A DNA stretch of 64,000 bases from Lama guanicoe (lineage: Eukaryota), in assembly GCA_013239625.1 (NCBI GenBank), contig MU053559.1, positions 1,366,001 through 1,430,000 of the forward strand, given 5' to 3'. The first letter of the stretch is position 1. Every line of letters starts with the position of its first letter. This document shows, piece after piece, positions 11,901 through 26,900 of this stretch. The notes under the pieces were generated by a model. That model did not search any database. It had not been told where the DNA came from and was given only the letters and a program-made list of their open reading frames with translations. A program made the translations under genes and the position numbers.

Positions 11901-14900
11901 CACAGGTTTCGGACCTGAAAGCCCAACCCCCATCAAATAGAGATTTTGGTTATGTTACACAGACCTGGCAAGTGAAATAGTTTAGCTAAAATTAAGACAA
12001 CTAAAGTCAGGTGGTGGGGGGGGATGGGGGTGAGGAGAGAAGACAGAACCCAAAAGCTATGTAATGAGAGCCACTCCACAGGAATCCGGGTAGCATGGTT
12101 AGCCATGGCATCATGGTTCTCGTATCAATCAGCGGCACAAGCAAAATGCTCCAAAGCCGCCTCCCGAAGCCTACTCTCCCTGTGGTGTCATGGGCTTGAT
12201 ATTTGTCTGCACAGCCAGGCTGGGAAGGCCAAATGATAATTTAAAGGTCTGCTGGGAAGACTGTAAGTGGCTTTGTTTGCTCACACTTTCAGCTCAGCTA
12301 AGTCTTTGTAGCTGCAAGGGTGAAATCCTCCCTCTCTCATCTCTCTCATACTCCCCCATCTGGACAAATTACTCAACCTTTCTGTGTGCCAGTTTATTCA
12401 TTTGTAAATAGGGATAATAGTAGTACCTTCTTCAGAGGCATGTTAGGATTAAATGAGTTAATATTTATAAAATGCTTAGAACAGTGTTGCCACATAGTAA
12501 GTTGCTATATATGCGTGAGTTAAATTTTTAAAAGTGAGCCAAATCTACTAGTTCCCTTCCAAATTCTGGTAGGAGAGGAAGAAAAAAACAAGCCATCTCT
12601 ATAATTATACTTGATTATAAAATTCTCTAGGGTAAACACAGGGCCTAATTTATCTCTGAATTCCTACAGTACCTAATTTAGTAGATACCTGATATATATC
12701 ATAAGTTAAATTGAATTATCTGGTGCAGAGGCTCTCAATCAGGGGCAATTTCGACTTCCAGGGGGCATCTGGTAATTTGGGAACATTTTTGATTGTCGCA
12801 GATGGGTATGTGGGGATTTGCTATTGGCATCTAGTGGGTAGAGGCCAGGGATGCTGCTAAACATCTCATAGTATCCCCGACAACAAAGAACTATCCAGCC
12901 CAAAATGTCAATAGTACCAAATTTAAGAAACTCTGGGGGACAGGCACAGCTCAGTGGTGGAGCGCATACTTTAGCATACATGAGGTACCTCCATTAAAAA
13001 AAAAAAAGAAACTTTGATCTGGTGCTTTCCTAAACAAAATTCATTCTTTCTTCAGCCTGCAGTCTCATTAAGTGTGTCTGTAAAATACAGCTGAGCGAAT
13101 TTAGGTTCAACAGTGAATAAACAGTAAACCAAATGAAAATTGATTTCAGATTTAAGGTTTACAGAGCATCTAAGTGAGGCCTTTTCTATTCCCTGCATGT
13201 TCCAAAATTTAAACAGCGACCGATGTTTGGGGCCCAATGAAATCCAAAGATAAGCAAGGACACAGAAGCCCAAACTACGAATGCAAATGAGCTGCACTTT
13301 TTTAAAACTGGAAGAGGGGCCTCCATTTCCACGCAGACCCAGACCTGCACACTAGTCAGAGTTGGTCACCTTACCCTCTCTAGGTCTTGCCGTAGGTGCA
13401 TAAACATTCTCATGCGGGTGTGAATACTCTCCTCTTTTGGCTGCACCAGACCATTTTCTTCATCTTCTTTTGGAGGAAATAATGGCTTATTGAAGTTACT
13501 TTTCCTCTTTAGTTTCCAGTAGTTATAGATAAAGTCCACAGCTAGCGTGGGCAGCCCCAGCTCTTTGGCCACATCTTCCACTCGGACCAGGGAATAGAAC
13601 TCCTCCTCCAGCTCCCGAAGCTTCTGTGCCCGCAGGCTGGTCTTCTCGCTTTTGGCCTGGCTCTGCTCTGAAGCCCTGTGGAGGGGGTACTCAGCCTCCC
13701 CGAGCTTCTGCCTGTTTTGGCTGTGCTTTAGGCAGTATGACTTAAACTTCACTTCATCCCCCTCATCTAGGATGGTCTTCATCTCTAGGCTGTGCTCAAA
13801 GGCACATGTGACGTGGAAGGCAGTGATGCAGCTTTTCACCGAGCACTGTGGGAAGGAAAGACGTGTTAAGGCAGCAGGGCTGTGAGGGGAAAGGGGAAGA
13901 CTGGGCCTAAACTGAAAGCTCATAGGAAGCAAAGGAAAGATGGAAAAAGTTGGTCTTAAACTGACCATGACAGGTGCTTTATAAGTAAAGCAGGAAATCT
14001 GCTCTTACAGAAAGCAGTAAAAACAGAAGCAAAAAAAAAATTTTTCAAACTCTCCTTTAAATGTTAGCTCAAGTATTAAGTTCTTCTGAGAATTCTTCTT
14101 CAACTTCTGTACAGAGTCATGCCGTACCTTCTCTGTGACCCCTAAATCACCTTATTATATGCTTTTTATTGGTCCTTTGCCCGCTGTACCTATAGCATAG
14201 TAAAATGTCAAATCCCTGGCCATGGCTCTTACAGACAGAAGCTGTGCCATTTATCTTCGCATTGCCATCAACTATTGAACAAGCTCAACAAGATCAAGAA
14301 ATGCTTATGAACAAATGAAAGAAAAACAAAATCAGTATCACTGTCAGAGCAGCTACTGGTTCTAAAAAGGCCAGAGGAACTCTAATATCTCAGTAACCTA
14401 ACTTCTTGACATTGTTCTTATAGAGCTATGCCATCCAATATGGTACCCAACTGGCCACAAGTAGCTATTTAAATTAAAATTACATACAATTAAAAATTAA
14501 ATTCCTCAGTCATGTTAGCTACATTTCATCCATACTGGACAGCACAGATTTCCATCACACTGCAGAAAGTTCTATTGGACAGTATGGTTACAGACAATCT
14601 GAAATTAAGTTTATAAATAATTTAGAATAATATTCTGCCATTCATAGATGCAACACATTCGTGAAGTATCACTATGGAGCACGCACTGAGGGTTCACAGG
14701 GAGGCAGAGAGAACCTGGCCCATGATTGCCGGATTCCTGTGCTTCAGTTAGTCTCAATTACCGTTTGTTACGGTTAACATGTTACAGCTTTCGTTCCAGA
14801 GATTTAAAATACATGTGTGTGTTTATATGTTTATGCAGAGGAAGGAGGAAAAGCAATGGAGGATTTGTTTCAAAGGATATAGTGTGAATTCCCATGTTTA

Positions 14901-17900
14901 AAGCCAAGTCTCAAATCTTTTGGAAGCCTGCTTCTGGAGGGCAGACTGCTCAATTACCTATGTGTTGGGTTTTTGATAACTAAACATAGACAATACCTCG
15001 GATATGAATAAAGACTAAAAAAGTGCAAACCCTTATAATAGATTATAATAGTCTTCTTAAGAGACTGAGAATTCAACACTTAATACTGGCAACCACCAAA
15101 GCTCTAATGGGGCAGGTTCCATTTAAACTAATTTCATAGGATAAAGATTTCCAGGGATGGAATACAATTTGAAGATCATCTTATCCAGCCTCACATGTAT
15201 TATTGTTTGTACTTCCAATGGAGTACCTAATTTTCTACCTCCACTGCCCCCCACCCCTAAATCCTTCCACTTTTCAGATAAGTGGTAATCTAACCCTATT
15301 GTATTTCCAAAACAGCCCACCCCAACTTAGGACAGCTCTGTTGGAAAAGTTTGTTACATTACACTGAAATCTGTATCCTTAAAAATTCTATGTATTTGAA
15401 AAGCCTCATGAAAATGAGAATGACGAAAGCCCAAAACATACTTTTATCTGGCTATCTTTTGTTATCCCTTGGTTAAGAAACTAGCTGGTCATTAAAAAAA
15501 AAGTAGCAAAAAGCATTCTTTAGTAAAAGATTAAAAGTGTTGGGCATAGTTCTCTTCTGTTGTTTAGTAACTGACAAAAATATGGGAAGAGAAAGCATTA
15601 GGATTGTTTTCTATTCAAGCGGAAGAGTGTGTGACATAAAATTACTACTAATGGGAAGCTAACAACAGATCCTCTCTCCCAGGTCAAATTTACAGAGTAG
15701 AGATAGAAATACAAATTACTCAAAATACTTGATAATACATGAGTAAGAACTGGGTACTTAGATGAAAAGTGAAATGTCCTTAGGAAACTGCTTAAAATCT
15801 CTCTAATTTCAAAAAAAGGTATCATTCTAGGATATTTATAGCTGGAGGTCTATATACTTTGGTGGGAAAGGAGATGCTAACCAAGTTTTGGTGCCAAATA
15901 ACTATTTACTTTTTTCCAAAAACATATTTGACACATTCTATTAAACCAAATGCTTTTATATACATCTCATTTACCCCTACTATAATAATAGGGGAGGTTT
16001 TATTACACCCACTTAAGAAGAACAGCTTTATTGAGATACAATTTACATACCATAAAATTCACCAATTTTAAGTACACATTTCAGTGTTTTTAGTGTATTT
16101 ACAGAGTTGTACAACTATCAGCACTAAGTAACTCCACTACGTTTTCATCACCCCTAAAAAGAAGTACTGTGCTTACTTGTTGTCACTCCCTGTTCTCAAT
16201 TCTAGTCCCAAGTAACCACTGATCTACCCTGTGTCTTGACATTGTTATCAAAGTCCATCTATATTGTAGCACGTATCAGAATTTCACTCTTTAAAATATG
16301 GCTAAATGATATTTCACTACATGGATATACCACATTTATTTATCCGTTCATCAGTCGATGGATATTGGGTTATTTTCACTTTTTTGCTATCATGAAATAA
16401 TGCTATGAACATTCGTGTACAAGTTTTTGTGTGGACATATGTTTTCATTTCTCTTTGGTAATGTGCAATAAAGGATTACTCTTCCTCCCAAAAAGTTTGG
16501 CCTTTCACCCCTAGCTCCTGAGAGGTAACCTCTAAGCCCTTGGGATGTCTTGCCTGATAAGAGTGTCTTTATTTACCTGGAAGCCTTTGGCCATGTCAGA
16601 TAGTCTATGCTAACAATGTGATTTACGGTGGAAGCTTTGGGCCACGTGTTACCAGCCTGACCTCTGGACAGACTGGAGACTAAGGTCAGCCACGTGGGTG
16701 GTAGCCATGTCTGCATGACCAACTCCTAACTAAACGTCTGACGCCAAGGCTTGGGCGGCTTTGCTCGTTGGCAATACTCTGTATTATCACACATCACTGC
16801 TGGGAGAAATAAGCACTGTCCATGAGACTCCACTTAAGAGAGGAAATTGGTAGCTCCATGCCTGGTCTCTCCAGGACCCTGCCCTATGTGCCTCTTTTCT
16901 TTGCTGATTTTATTCTGTATTCTTTCACTGTAACAAACTATAACCATGAATATAACAGCTTTTTTGAGTTCTGTGAGTCCTTCTAGTGAATTATTGAACT
17001 TGAGGGTGGTCTTGGGGGACCTCTAACTGCAGGTATACAGTTAGAAGTGGAATTGCTAAGACCTATGGTGTCTCTATGTCTAATTTTTTGAAGAACTGAC
17101 AAATAGTTTTCCACAGTGGCTGTGCATTTTACATTCCCACCAGCAATACTCAAGAGTTCTCATTTCTCCACATCCCTGCCAATAACTGTTGTCTGCCTTT
17201 TTGATTATTACCACTCTAGTGAGTATGATGTAGTATCTCACTGCGGTTTATTTACTTTTGGGGGGGAGAAATAATTTTCTACTCATTCTTCACAGAAACG
17301 AATTTTTGAAATACTTTCACTAGAGGGAAAATGCTACCCTTACACATTCACATTTGTAAGGGAAGTTGGAGGTTCTGTGGGATAAGAATTGGATCAGATG
17401 GGGTGGTTCGAATAAAAATCTTTGAAAAAGAACACCAGAGACTGATTTAAGAGTTAAATTTTTTCTTGCCTCTTTAAAGAAATATTTTGTCACCTTCAAA
17501 AAGAAAATAGTGCATCCTCCCCAAAAGCAGATGACACCCGCCTGGAACACCAAGGGCCTGGTGCATATGTCCTGAGCAGTTCTTATCCTGCTGCAGGACA
17601 GTGTCCATTTGCTTGCCCTTAATCCCCAATAATCTGTGAATAGACAAATGGGTGGTATCAGAGCAACTTTCTCAAAACCTGGTTACTGAAACAATGTCAT
17701 AAATGGTTCAAGCCAGCCTACAAAACTGATTTAGCCATTATGTACTTAAACTCTAGCACCAGCAGTGGCCACCAAGCCCTTCTGACCTCTTATTCCTAAG
17801 GATCTGTAAAGGTCTGAGGGGAGATGTCATTTGAATGTTATTTAACTTTTCCCATGTTTCTATCTGGTCTCCCCTAATAGGCTATAAACTCCTGAAGGCA

Positions 17901-20900
17901 AGGACCAGAAACACCTTAGAGCAAGAACAATTTATACTAACAAATAAAAATTGGGATATATGAGAAAAATATTAAGGTGCTTTCCCTCTTAATTTTTTGG
18001 GTATCTTTTAATCTCAATATTTAATTTCCTTCTCTACTAGTACCACCTTCATCACTGAGTAGATGTACTTGCATTTCCCCACCTGTTGAAGATTTTCACT
18101 TACATGATCACATCCCTCTACTGTCAAAAGGGGCGCCTACCTCAGCACCAAATGCTTTACGATTCTATTTTGGCTGGACGAATGCTAGGGCTTTCCATCA
18201 GCAAAGTCAGACTGACTCCAGGGAATAATATGAACAATAATAACAATAATATGATATAACAATAATGTGAACAATAATAACAACTAGTAATGCTAATATT
18301 TACTGAGTATTTATTATCTGTTACACACTGTGTCAAGCTCTTCACCACTTTACTAAGTAGGTACTATTACCATCTCTGCTTACAGGTGTGGAAGCTGAGG
18401 CACAGATATGGTAGGTAACCTCTTCAAGACTACATAACAAAGAAGAGGTGAAACCAGGATTTGAACCCCAGAAATCTGGCTCCAAAGGCCATGTTTTTAA
18501 CCACTGTTCTTTCTTTCTTCTCAGGGAAGGCTTAAAACATCTGGACTGAGGTTGAATGAGGCTTGAACATAAGATATATAAAGACCCTACAGGAATTCTG
18601 AAAAAGTGGTAAGGGACTGGGGCCAGGGTCTAGGCAAAATTCAGAGCTGTCTGAGGCATCTGTTCTGAACTCAGTCTTTAGTATCTGTTCCAGGATTATG
18701 AGAAGCCTTCATGCTCAGGAGAAAGGTTCTAGCTCCCAGATACGGTGGCTGTACATATTGGCTAGTCTAGACCCCAAACCCTCTAGTGTTAGATTCTATC
18801 CTTGCCCAGTGAATGTTCCCAAATCAAAAGAAGACAAGAGGTGTGAGTATTCCCACCACTGGGAGACAGGAAGAGTAAACACAATTCAAAGACAGTTAAG
18901 AAATTTCCATAAAGAACTTATAAAGCAAAATACCCAAGATATGGTATTAATCACAAAAACTCTTAAGTAAACCTCTGAAGAACAATGATGCTAATAAAAC
19001 TTTACCCCTACTGAATTATAGTATTTGTTTATTGTTTTTGATTCTCATATAGAGAACAAGATGTTAAATTACTAATCGGTTTGGAATTAACTCAGTGGTG
19101 GTTTAAAAGGAAAGAAGGGTTTTGGTCTCTTTTCCCACAGGAAAACTAGGTGTCAACCAAGGAAAACAAAGACCGCTCTATTAGTATAAGCAGAACGTAG
19201 GTGGGGAAAAATACGACACTTCACAAGGTCACCTGAAGTTCACTCCCCCTCACCCAGGTCTTTAATGCAGCCTGGCACTCACACTGCGCTTCCCCAAACC
19301 AAAACACTATTCACATCTCTTCTCTCCTGAAACCTGGAGACTTCACCCACGTCCTCACTCTCAGCTGATGATCCTGCTTCCTACCTCACTGAGGAAATTA
19401 CGACAATTAAAAGAGCACTCTGCAGATTCCCACCAGCATACCGACCTAATATTGCACCTACACACACTGCCTCCAAGCCTGTTACCTGGGAAGAACTATC
19501 TGTGCTCTTATCTAAAGCCACCCTGCCATTGCACACTTCACTCCACCCTCTCTCACCTACTGAAAAATCCTGCTCCAGCAGTTTTTCCTCTCCACTGGAC
19601 CACTCCCTTTGCATGCATACTGTTGCATTCTATATGTTAACAAGTGTACATACAGCAGTCTCTCAGTATCTGTGGGAGATTGGTTCCAGACTTCCTGTGG
19701 ATACCAAAATCCATGGATGCTCAAGTCCCTTATATAAAATGGTATAATATTTGCATATAACCTACAAACATCCTCACATACTTTAAATCATCTCTAGATT
19801 ACTTCTAATATCTACCTAATACAATGCAAATGCTATGTAAATAGTTGCCTGCACAAGGCAAATTCAAGTTCTGCTTTTTATAACTTTCTGGAATTGATTT
19901 TTCCAAATATTTTCAATCTGCCGTTGGTTGAATCTGTGGATACAGAACCTGAGGATACAGAACCTGAGGATATAGAGAGCCAACTGTACGTATTTATTTC
20001 TTCCATCTTAAAGAACAGACTTCTTTCCCCCACTTTTCTGGACTGCTCCTAATCCATTTCTTTGCCTGGACCCTTGGCAATGTAGCTTTTGCCATCACCA
20101 CTCCACTTACATTGCTCATCCAGACTACCAATAATCTCATTGCTAAATTCAGGGGTCACTCTGTAGTCCTCATCTTATCTCAGCAGTATCTTTATACCAC
20201 TGATCTTTTCCTTCTCCTTGAAATGCTTTCTTCCTTTGATTTCTAGGCTACCACACTCTCTTGGTTTTCCTCTTGTCTCCCTGACGGCTTCTCAGTCTCC
20301 TCTGCTGTCTCTTCCTACTCTCCTAATTTCTCAGCACTGGGACGCTCCCAGCGCTTGGTACTGTTCTTCTCTCTGCCTACACTCACTCACTCGGTCATCT
20401 CACCCAGTCCAGCCCAAAGCTATCTATACGCCAATGACTCCCAAATGTATGTCTTCAGTCCCAAGCTTCCTCCCAAACTCCAAATTCACATAGAGAACTA
20501 CCAGTTTGATATTTTCACTAGGATATTGGGTAGATATCTCAAACTTCAACGTCTAAAACTGAACTCATATTTCCCCCCAATTCTGTTCTGTCTGCAGATT
20601 TTCCTATTCAGTTTACAGCAACTTCACCCTTCTTCCTATCTGGGCCCAAATCTGCAGGCATCCCCAACTCCTATCTTTCTGACACCTCATACCTGACCCA
20701 GAGTTAACCTGCTGGCTCTATCTTCAACATTCATCCAGAAGCCAATCACTTTTCTTCATCCCCAGGGCTACCACTCCAGAGAAAGCCACCACTGCCATCT
20801 CTTGTGGATTACTGTAATAGTCTCCTGTTTTTCCTGTTCCTAACCTTTCCTCCCCTCAGCCTATTCTAAATAAGCAGCCGGAGTGCCTATTTTGTGTTTA

Positions 20901-23900
20901 ATCATTTACTATAAAAATATCTATATAACAGCATAGAGGATACTGTAATAAACCCCATATACCCATTATCCAGCTTCAATAATTATTAATGACCAATCTT
21001 GTTTCATCTTTAACCTCCACAGTACCCTGCCCTCCAGGTTATTTTGGAGCAAATCTAAGATATCATATCATTCCACAGAGTGATCCCTCACAAACATATA
21101 TCAAATCACGTCATTTATCTGCTCAAAACCTGCCAATGGCTCCCCCTTAAACTTCAAGTAAAAACAAAAGCTCTCATAAGGGCCCTAGAAACCCTTCACC
21201 AGGGGCTAGAGAACTATGGCCCACAGACCACATGCAGCCCGCCACCTGTTTTTTTGTGTAGGCCACAAGCTAAGAATGGAGCCAAGGATGATTTTTGAGA
21301 TTTTTAAATGGTAGGGAAAAAAATCAAAAGAAAAAATATTTCATGACACATAAAATAATTTGAAATTAAAATTTAGAGTCCATAAATAAAGTTTTATTGG
21401 CATACAGCCATGCTCGGCTGCCTTGGTGCTACAAAGGCAGAGGAGAGCAGCTGCGACAGAGACTGCATGGCCTGCAAAGCCTAAAATGTTTACCATCTAG
21501 CCACATATAGAAAAAAAAATGGCCAAGCCCTGCCCTAATCAATCAGGTCCCCATGTAATGTCTCTGGTCTTCTCTTCCCACACTCCATTCCGGTCTCACT
21601 GGCCTCCTTCCTGTCACTCACACAGGCCAAACACACTGCTACCACAGGGCCTTTATACTGGCTGATTCCTCTGCCTGGAACATTTTTACCCCAAATATCT
21701 GCACTATCTTCTCTAACCTTCAAGTCTTTGCTCAGATGTCGCCGCTACATTGAGTCCTACTCTGACCACTCTATTTAAACTTGCGATGCATGTCCCCTGC
21801 CCACAATTCCCATCTTCTTACCATACTCCACGTTTTCCCTTTCCATAGCACTTAACCATCTTCTAATGTGCTATGTAGTATCTACTGCTTATTATGTATT
21901 TCTCCTAACCAAAATGTAAGTTCCATGGTGCGAGGTTCTTTGTTGGTTCACTGATAAATCCAAAGTGCCTAGAACAGTGCCTGGCACACAATTAGGCACC
22001 CAAATATTTGTTGAGTAAATGTAATTCCTTATAATCAAATTTAATTTCAAGAGTCTTAATTTGGAAAGACCTTTACAAAATGAAGAATCTAAACTCTAAG
22101 TAATAAAAGTAAGAACCACTCCTCTGCAAATGAAAAATCCATTACAGAATGTTTTAACCATCCATCTGTTCATCCATCATCCATCTATCAATCTAATATT
22201 TATTATCTATCTGCCACATCAGGGGTGTGGAGGAGCTAAGGATGAAACACTCTGAGCTTACAGGCTACTAGAGAAGACTCATAGATAAACAACTACAATA
22301 GAGGGCAAAATGTGGTAATACATGGGCTGTAATGCAAACTCAGGTCTGCTAAGGTCAAGGCCAGCGTCCTCTCTTACCACAGTCATGCTGTCAAGTACTA
22401 ACCGTTGTAAAAAATCGTCCTTTAAAGCAGCAAAAATGAGGGAAAATGCAGGTACCACAATAAGGAAAATAAGTAAATTAATGGATATAGATTCAATGTT
22501 CTATTATAAAATGACTAAATGACAATTATAAAAACATGAAAATATTTTACTTTTTAGTAGGGAGAATGCATATTACCAAACTAATCTATGATACAATTAA
22601 ACATGGATATATTTATTCAATAAATACTAATTGAGCAATGACAATTAATGGGCAGGCACTCTACTTTGTGCTAGGGGAAGTTTAAAGAAGAATCATGCAC
22701 GACTTTGGCCCTCAAGGGACTCACAATGCGGGAAGCAACCAGGACAGAGCTTAGAAAAACATAAACAGGCAATGTCTTAAGGTAATAGACCTCATGGGAA
22801 TAGTCTTCCTTAAAATTTTCCCCCTTATGACTGCTAAAGTGCTGTAGGGAAAGTAAGTAAAATCAGTAGGGAAAAACATTTTTTTAAAAAGGCAAGACAA
22901 AGTGTCCAATTCTGTCAGATGTAAAAATGACTTTAAAAAACTAAAAGGGCTCTTGGGGTCCATACTGTATTCTTTAAATACCATTTCCCAGTAAAAGAAC
23001 CAGGGTTACTTGGAGGAGTGGATAACTCCAGGTCTAGAGCAAGAAATCTACAAGATGATCCAGATATCAAGAAACCTCACGAAACACCTAGAGCCACCGT
23101 CTCTAAGTTATGACATCATATGGCCTTTTTTCTGTGAAGAGGTGAGCAGGCAAACCTAATTCCAACCAGCCTGCAGTTTCCATGCAAGGTCTGGGGAGTG
23201 GAAGGTCAGCCTTTCTTCCCCTCTCACCAGCAGAGCCACCTTATTGCATTTGGAATAAAAGGTGAGATGACATTCTGGAAAGCCAGATTATGAAGGGTCA
23301 ACCCTTCTGCCTTGGCCTGGGGGGTAACTGGCCTCTCTTAGCACCATTCTTCCACCAACTGCTCCTGTTAGGTGCACCAGCTACTACTTCTGTTTCAAGC
23401 AACTGAATTTCTATGCCCTAGATGTCTCAGAAAACTTTACTTGCACTACCATATGCAACAAATGTACCTATGAGAATGACTTTCAAACCTATCCGCCAGA
23501 ATTTATCCATTCACATGCGTCTTTTGCTACCAAAATGAGCTGCACTTAGTCTAGCAACAGGGTCATCTGTTAAATCGTCCTGGAACCCAAGTCATCCATC
23601 CACAGTGGGTAAGCCAAACAAGAACATGGGCCTGGCTGTTTTGGAGTTATGGCTTGTTTCCACCCAGGATGCTATCATCTAGCTTCAGAACTCACCTAAT
23701 TCATCAGATCTGACAACAAAGAACGGAAATTAACTACCATTATGGACAACTGAAAAGAATATGCTGAATGATCCAGAGGGTTCCAGAAATGAACTGTCCA
23801 GTAGCAGAGCCCTAGGAGTGAGTGGGAGGCCTCCAAAGCAACCTTTCAGTCAAAAGGATCCTCTCACTGGGAGGGTGAGTCCAGCCAATTTGCTGTTAGC

Positions 23901-26900
23901 CCACTCCACCACTTCACATGGGGACTTACCTGAATACAAGCTCCTGTCTTCAGTTTGCACAGGTTGCAGACTAAGGCCCACCGACTGGGTGGAATGTGGG
24001 AGACCTTTGTGATTGGTTCCATCCTCTCAGGGCAAGCAATGCTGACCTACAAATAAAACACCACCATAAGGCAGAATGCACCAAGGCATTCCAGAAGTAC
24101 CTTTCACAAGCCATAAATGATGTTACAAAAGCTCAGAACATCAAAACAATGAGGTGAGCCATGTCTCTTAAGGTTACTTTGGAACTAAGAATAAATAAAA
24201 CCTGTCTTGAGCCACTGCTCACATTTTCAATCATTTCCAGTAATTAAACAATTCATATATAGGATGAGAGGGCACAAGTAGAGAACAGACATAGTTATCT
24301 TAATGGATCAAAGATATATACACTTTACTTAGGAATCAAAGAAAGCTACTAAGGAAAGGAGTTAAAATTCACAAAATCAAGCACTTAACATATGTTAGAA
24401 ATGGTGCCACATGCCTTGCAATTTCATTTAATCAACGAAGGATGAAAAACAGGCAGTGACAAGCCTCTCATTTCAGTTTACAAAGAAGCATGATATTGTT
24501 GGAAAGTAGCAGCAATCTGTGTAATGGAAGAGATTGCAGCGTGTAAGCAGAAAGGATAAAGATGATAACATTTAAAAGCCAGTCTTTAAAATCACGTAAC
24601 TATCATTAGCTTACTTTCTCAGCCAAAGTAGCTTTAAAATGAAATTAGTCTTTGAGAGAGTGCTGAAAGGAAAGGAATGCTTAAAAAAAAAGATATAGAA
24701 GCAACCTAAATGTCCATTGATAGATGACTGGATAAAGAAGTGGTATATTTATACAATGGAATACTATTCAGCCATAAAAATGACAACATAATGCCATTTG
24801 CAGCAACATGGATGTCCCTGGAGAATGTCATTCTAAGTGAAGTGAGGCAGAAAGAGAAAGAAAAATACCATATGAGATCGCTCATATGTGGGATCTAAAA
24901 AAAAAAAAAATAAAAAAAAGAAACAGACCAAGAATACAAACTTGTGGTTGCCAAGGGGGAGGGGAGTGGGAAGGGACAGACTGGGAGTTCGAAATTTGTC
25001 GATACTGACAAGCATATGTAGAATAGATAAACAAGATTATACTGTATAGGACAGGGAAATACATACAAGATCTTGTGGTAGCTCACAGTGAAAAAGAATG
25101 TGACAATGAATATATGTATGTTCATATATAACTGAAAAATTGTGTTCTACACTGGTAATTGACACAACATTGTAAACTGACTATAACTCAATAAAAAAAT
25201 GTTAAAAAAAGATGGATTTTTTTTCCATATGAAAATAAGGGGTCAAGCAACTTCTGGTAAAAAGTTTTTTTTTTTAATTTAAAAATATGTACATGAGTTT
25301 CTAAGAGAGAGAGATAACTTTAAAAAGTGAAGGACTGTTGAATAAGGACAGTTAAACTAGTACCAGTTCCACACACATTAAGAAACCAAAAGTAGAAAGA
25401 TCAGAGAGATCTTCAACAGCCCAAAAAGTACTAGAAACCAGGTACTAGAAACCATAAGAGAATGTCAATAGGTGAGAAAGCTTCTTTCATTTTTAAAGAA
25501 CTCGTCCTGAGTCACATTCCAGGCTTTAATATGCTGAGAGAGCCTGCTTTATTAGCTGGGGGATTTGCTGCTGGGAACTAGTGACTCTCTGGCCAGAAAC
25601 CTGAGAGTTCAATTCACATGTCCATTCGCTGGATGTTCTTAGTAAGAAAAAGAAACCACTACTCAAATTAAAAAAAAATTGACTTCTGTATCCTTAAGAA
25701 TACCATACTATGTATCTAGGACTTTGGGTTTAACTCTTGTGAATTTGATTGCTAGACAGACTGGAAGTTAACAAGAATAAAGTCAGGTAGGATTTAAAGG
25801 AGAATGAATTGCTGATATGGTATCAGCTTCCCATGAACTGCATTTTGCAAGTCTCTGTTGCTCAGCAGTTAAAATGACTAACAAATTTTCTGACTTGGAT
25901 AGGTGTCTGGGAGAAAGGATGTGAGTGGGATGTCCAAACAGATTAAAAAAAAAAGGCAGCCATAGGAAGCCAGAAATAAGAAGAAGTAATGACTGAAAGC
26001 CCTTAGGAAATATCAGCAACTAAAGGACCAGGTTAAGCAGTGAGGGATAGTATTCTGAATACAGAAGCTCTTGGAAAAATGTTGAGTCCAAGCTCCGAAA
26101 AAAGCTTCAAAGGTCAAAGGGTAACCATCATAGTACGGGAAAAGAGCTGGTGCTCACTTTATTTTTAAAAGCCTACAACTAGAAACAACTTAGATGTCCA
26201 TCAAAGGAGAATGGATAAATAAATCAACAATACTACTCAGAAATAGAAAGGCATGAATGTTCACACATACCACAGTACAGAGTGCTAGCCAGTCAGAAAA
26301 GAGTACATACTGTATGACTCCATTCATGTAAGCTTCAAAAACAGGTAAAACTAACCTATAGTGATAGAAATCAAAATGGTAGTTACTCTTGGGTAATAGA
26401 GACCCAGACAGGAACAGGGTGTGAGGGATCCTTCTGGGGGGCTCTATTTCTGGGGTATTCCATGTCTTGGTCTGGGTTGCGGACACAGATACATACATAC
26501 CGTAAAAACTTATGAAACGCTACACTGAAGATTTGGTATTTTAAGGTAAGTTTTACCTTAAAACATCTGCTGCTCATATCCTGGTCTTTTGTGCTTCTCC
26601 TCTCATTATCCAGCTGGATACATTTATCCAGAACCACTGGTAGTACCACCTATAAATTAATTAGCATGGACTTACATGCTCAGTTACATCCAAGAAGGAT
26701 GTGAGAGAGCTTAAGTGGAACCGTATCACCTCAGAAACATGGGTAGGCATGAAATATCTCCACGAAGCCTGAGTCAGTCTGAATGTTGTGGGAGAGCAAA
26801 TGGCCTCTCAGGCCCAGATGAGTTCTTACCTCTGGAATCCACAGGGCACAGCTGACATGAGCCCATTTAGTCCCTGTCCGGGTGGTCTTCATGGCTCCAC

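Larger units (their letters stand above)
19300..22030 (+). mobile_element. Long decayed L2 with nested MER2, L1 fragment and MER58
   Basis: RT remnant ([10 protein letters not shown], from the YADD motif) in ORF 20355..20696; L2 3' end cctagaacagtgcctggcaca...aaatatttgttgagtaaat. Confidence 0.85.

Noticed and set aside
12936..12993. tRNA-Ala gene
   Set aside because: No T-arm/B-box, and it has an A-tail and TSD, so it is a SINE.
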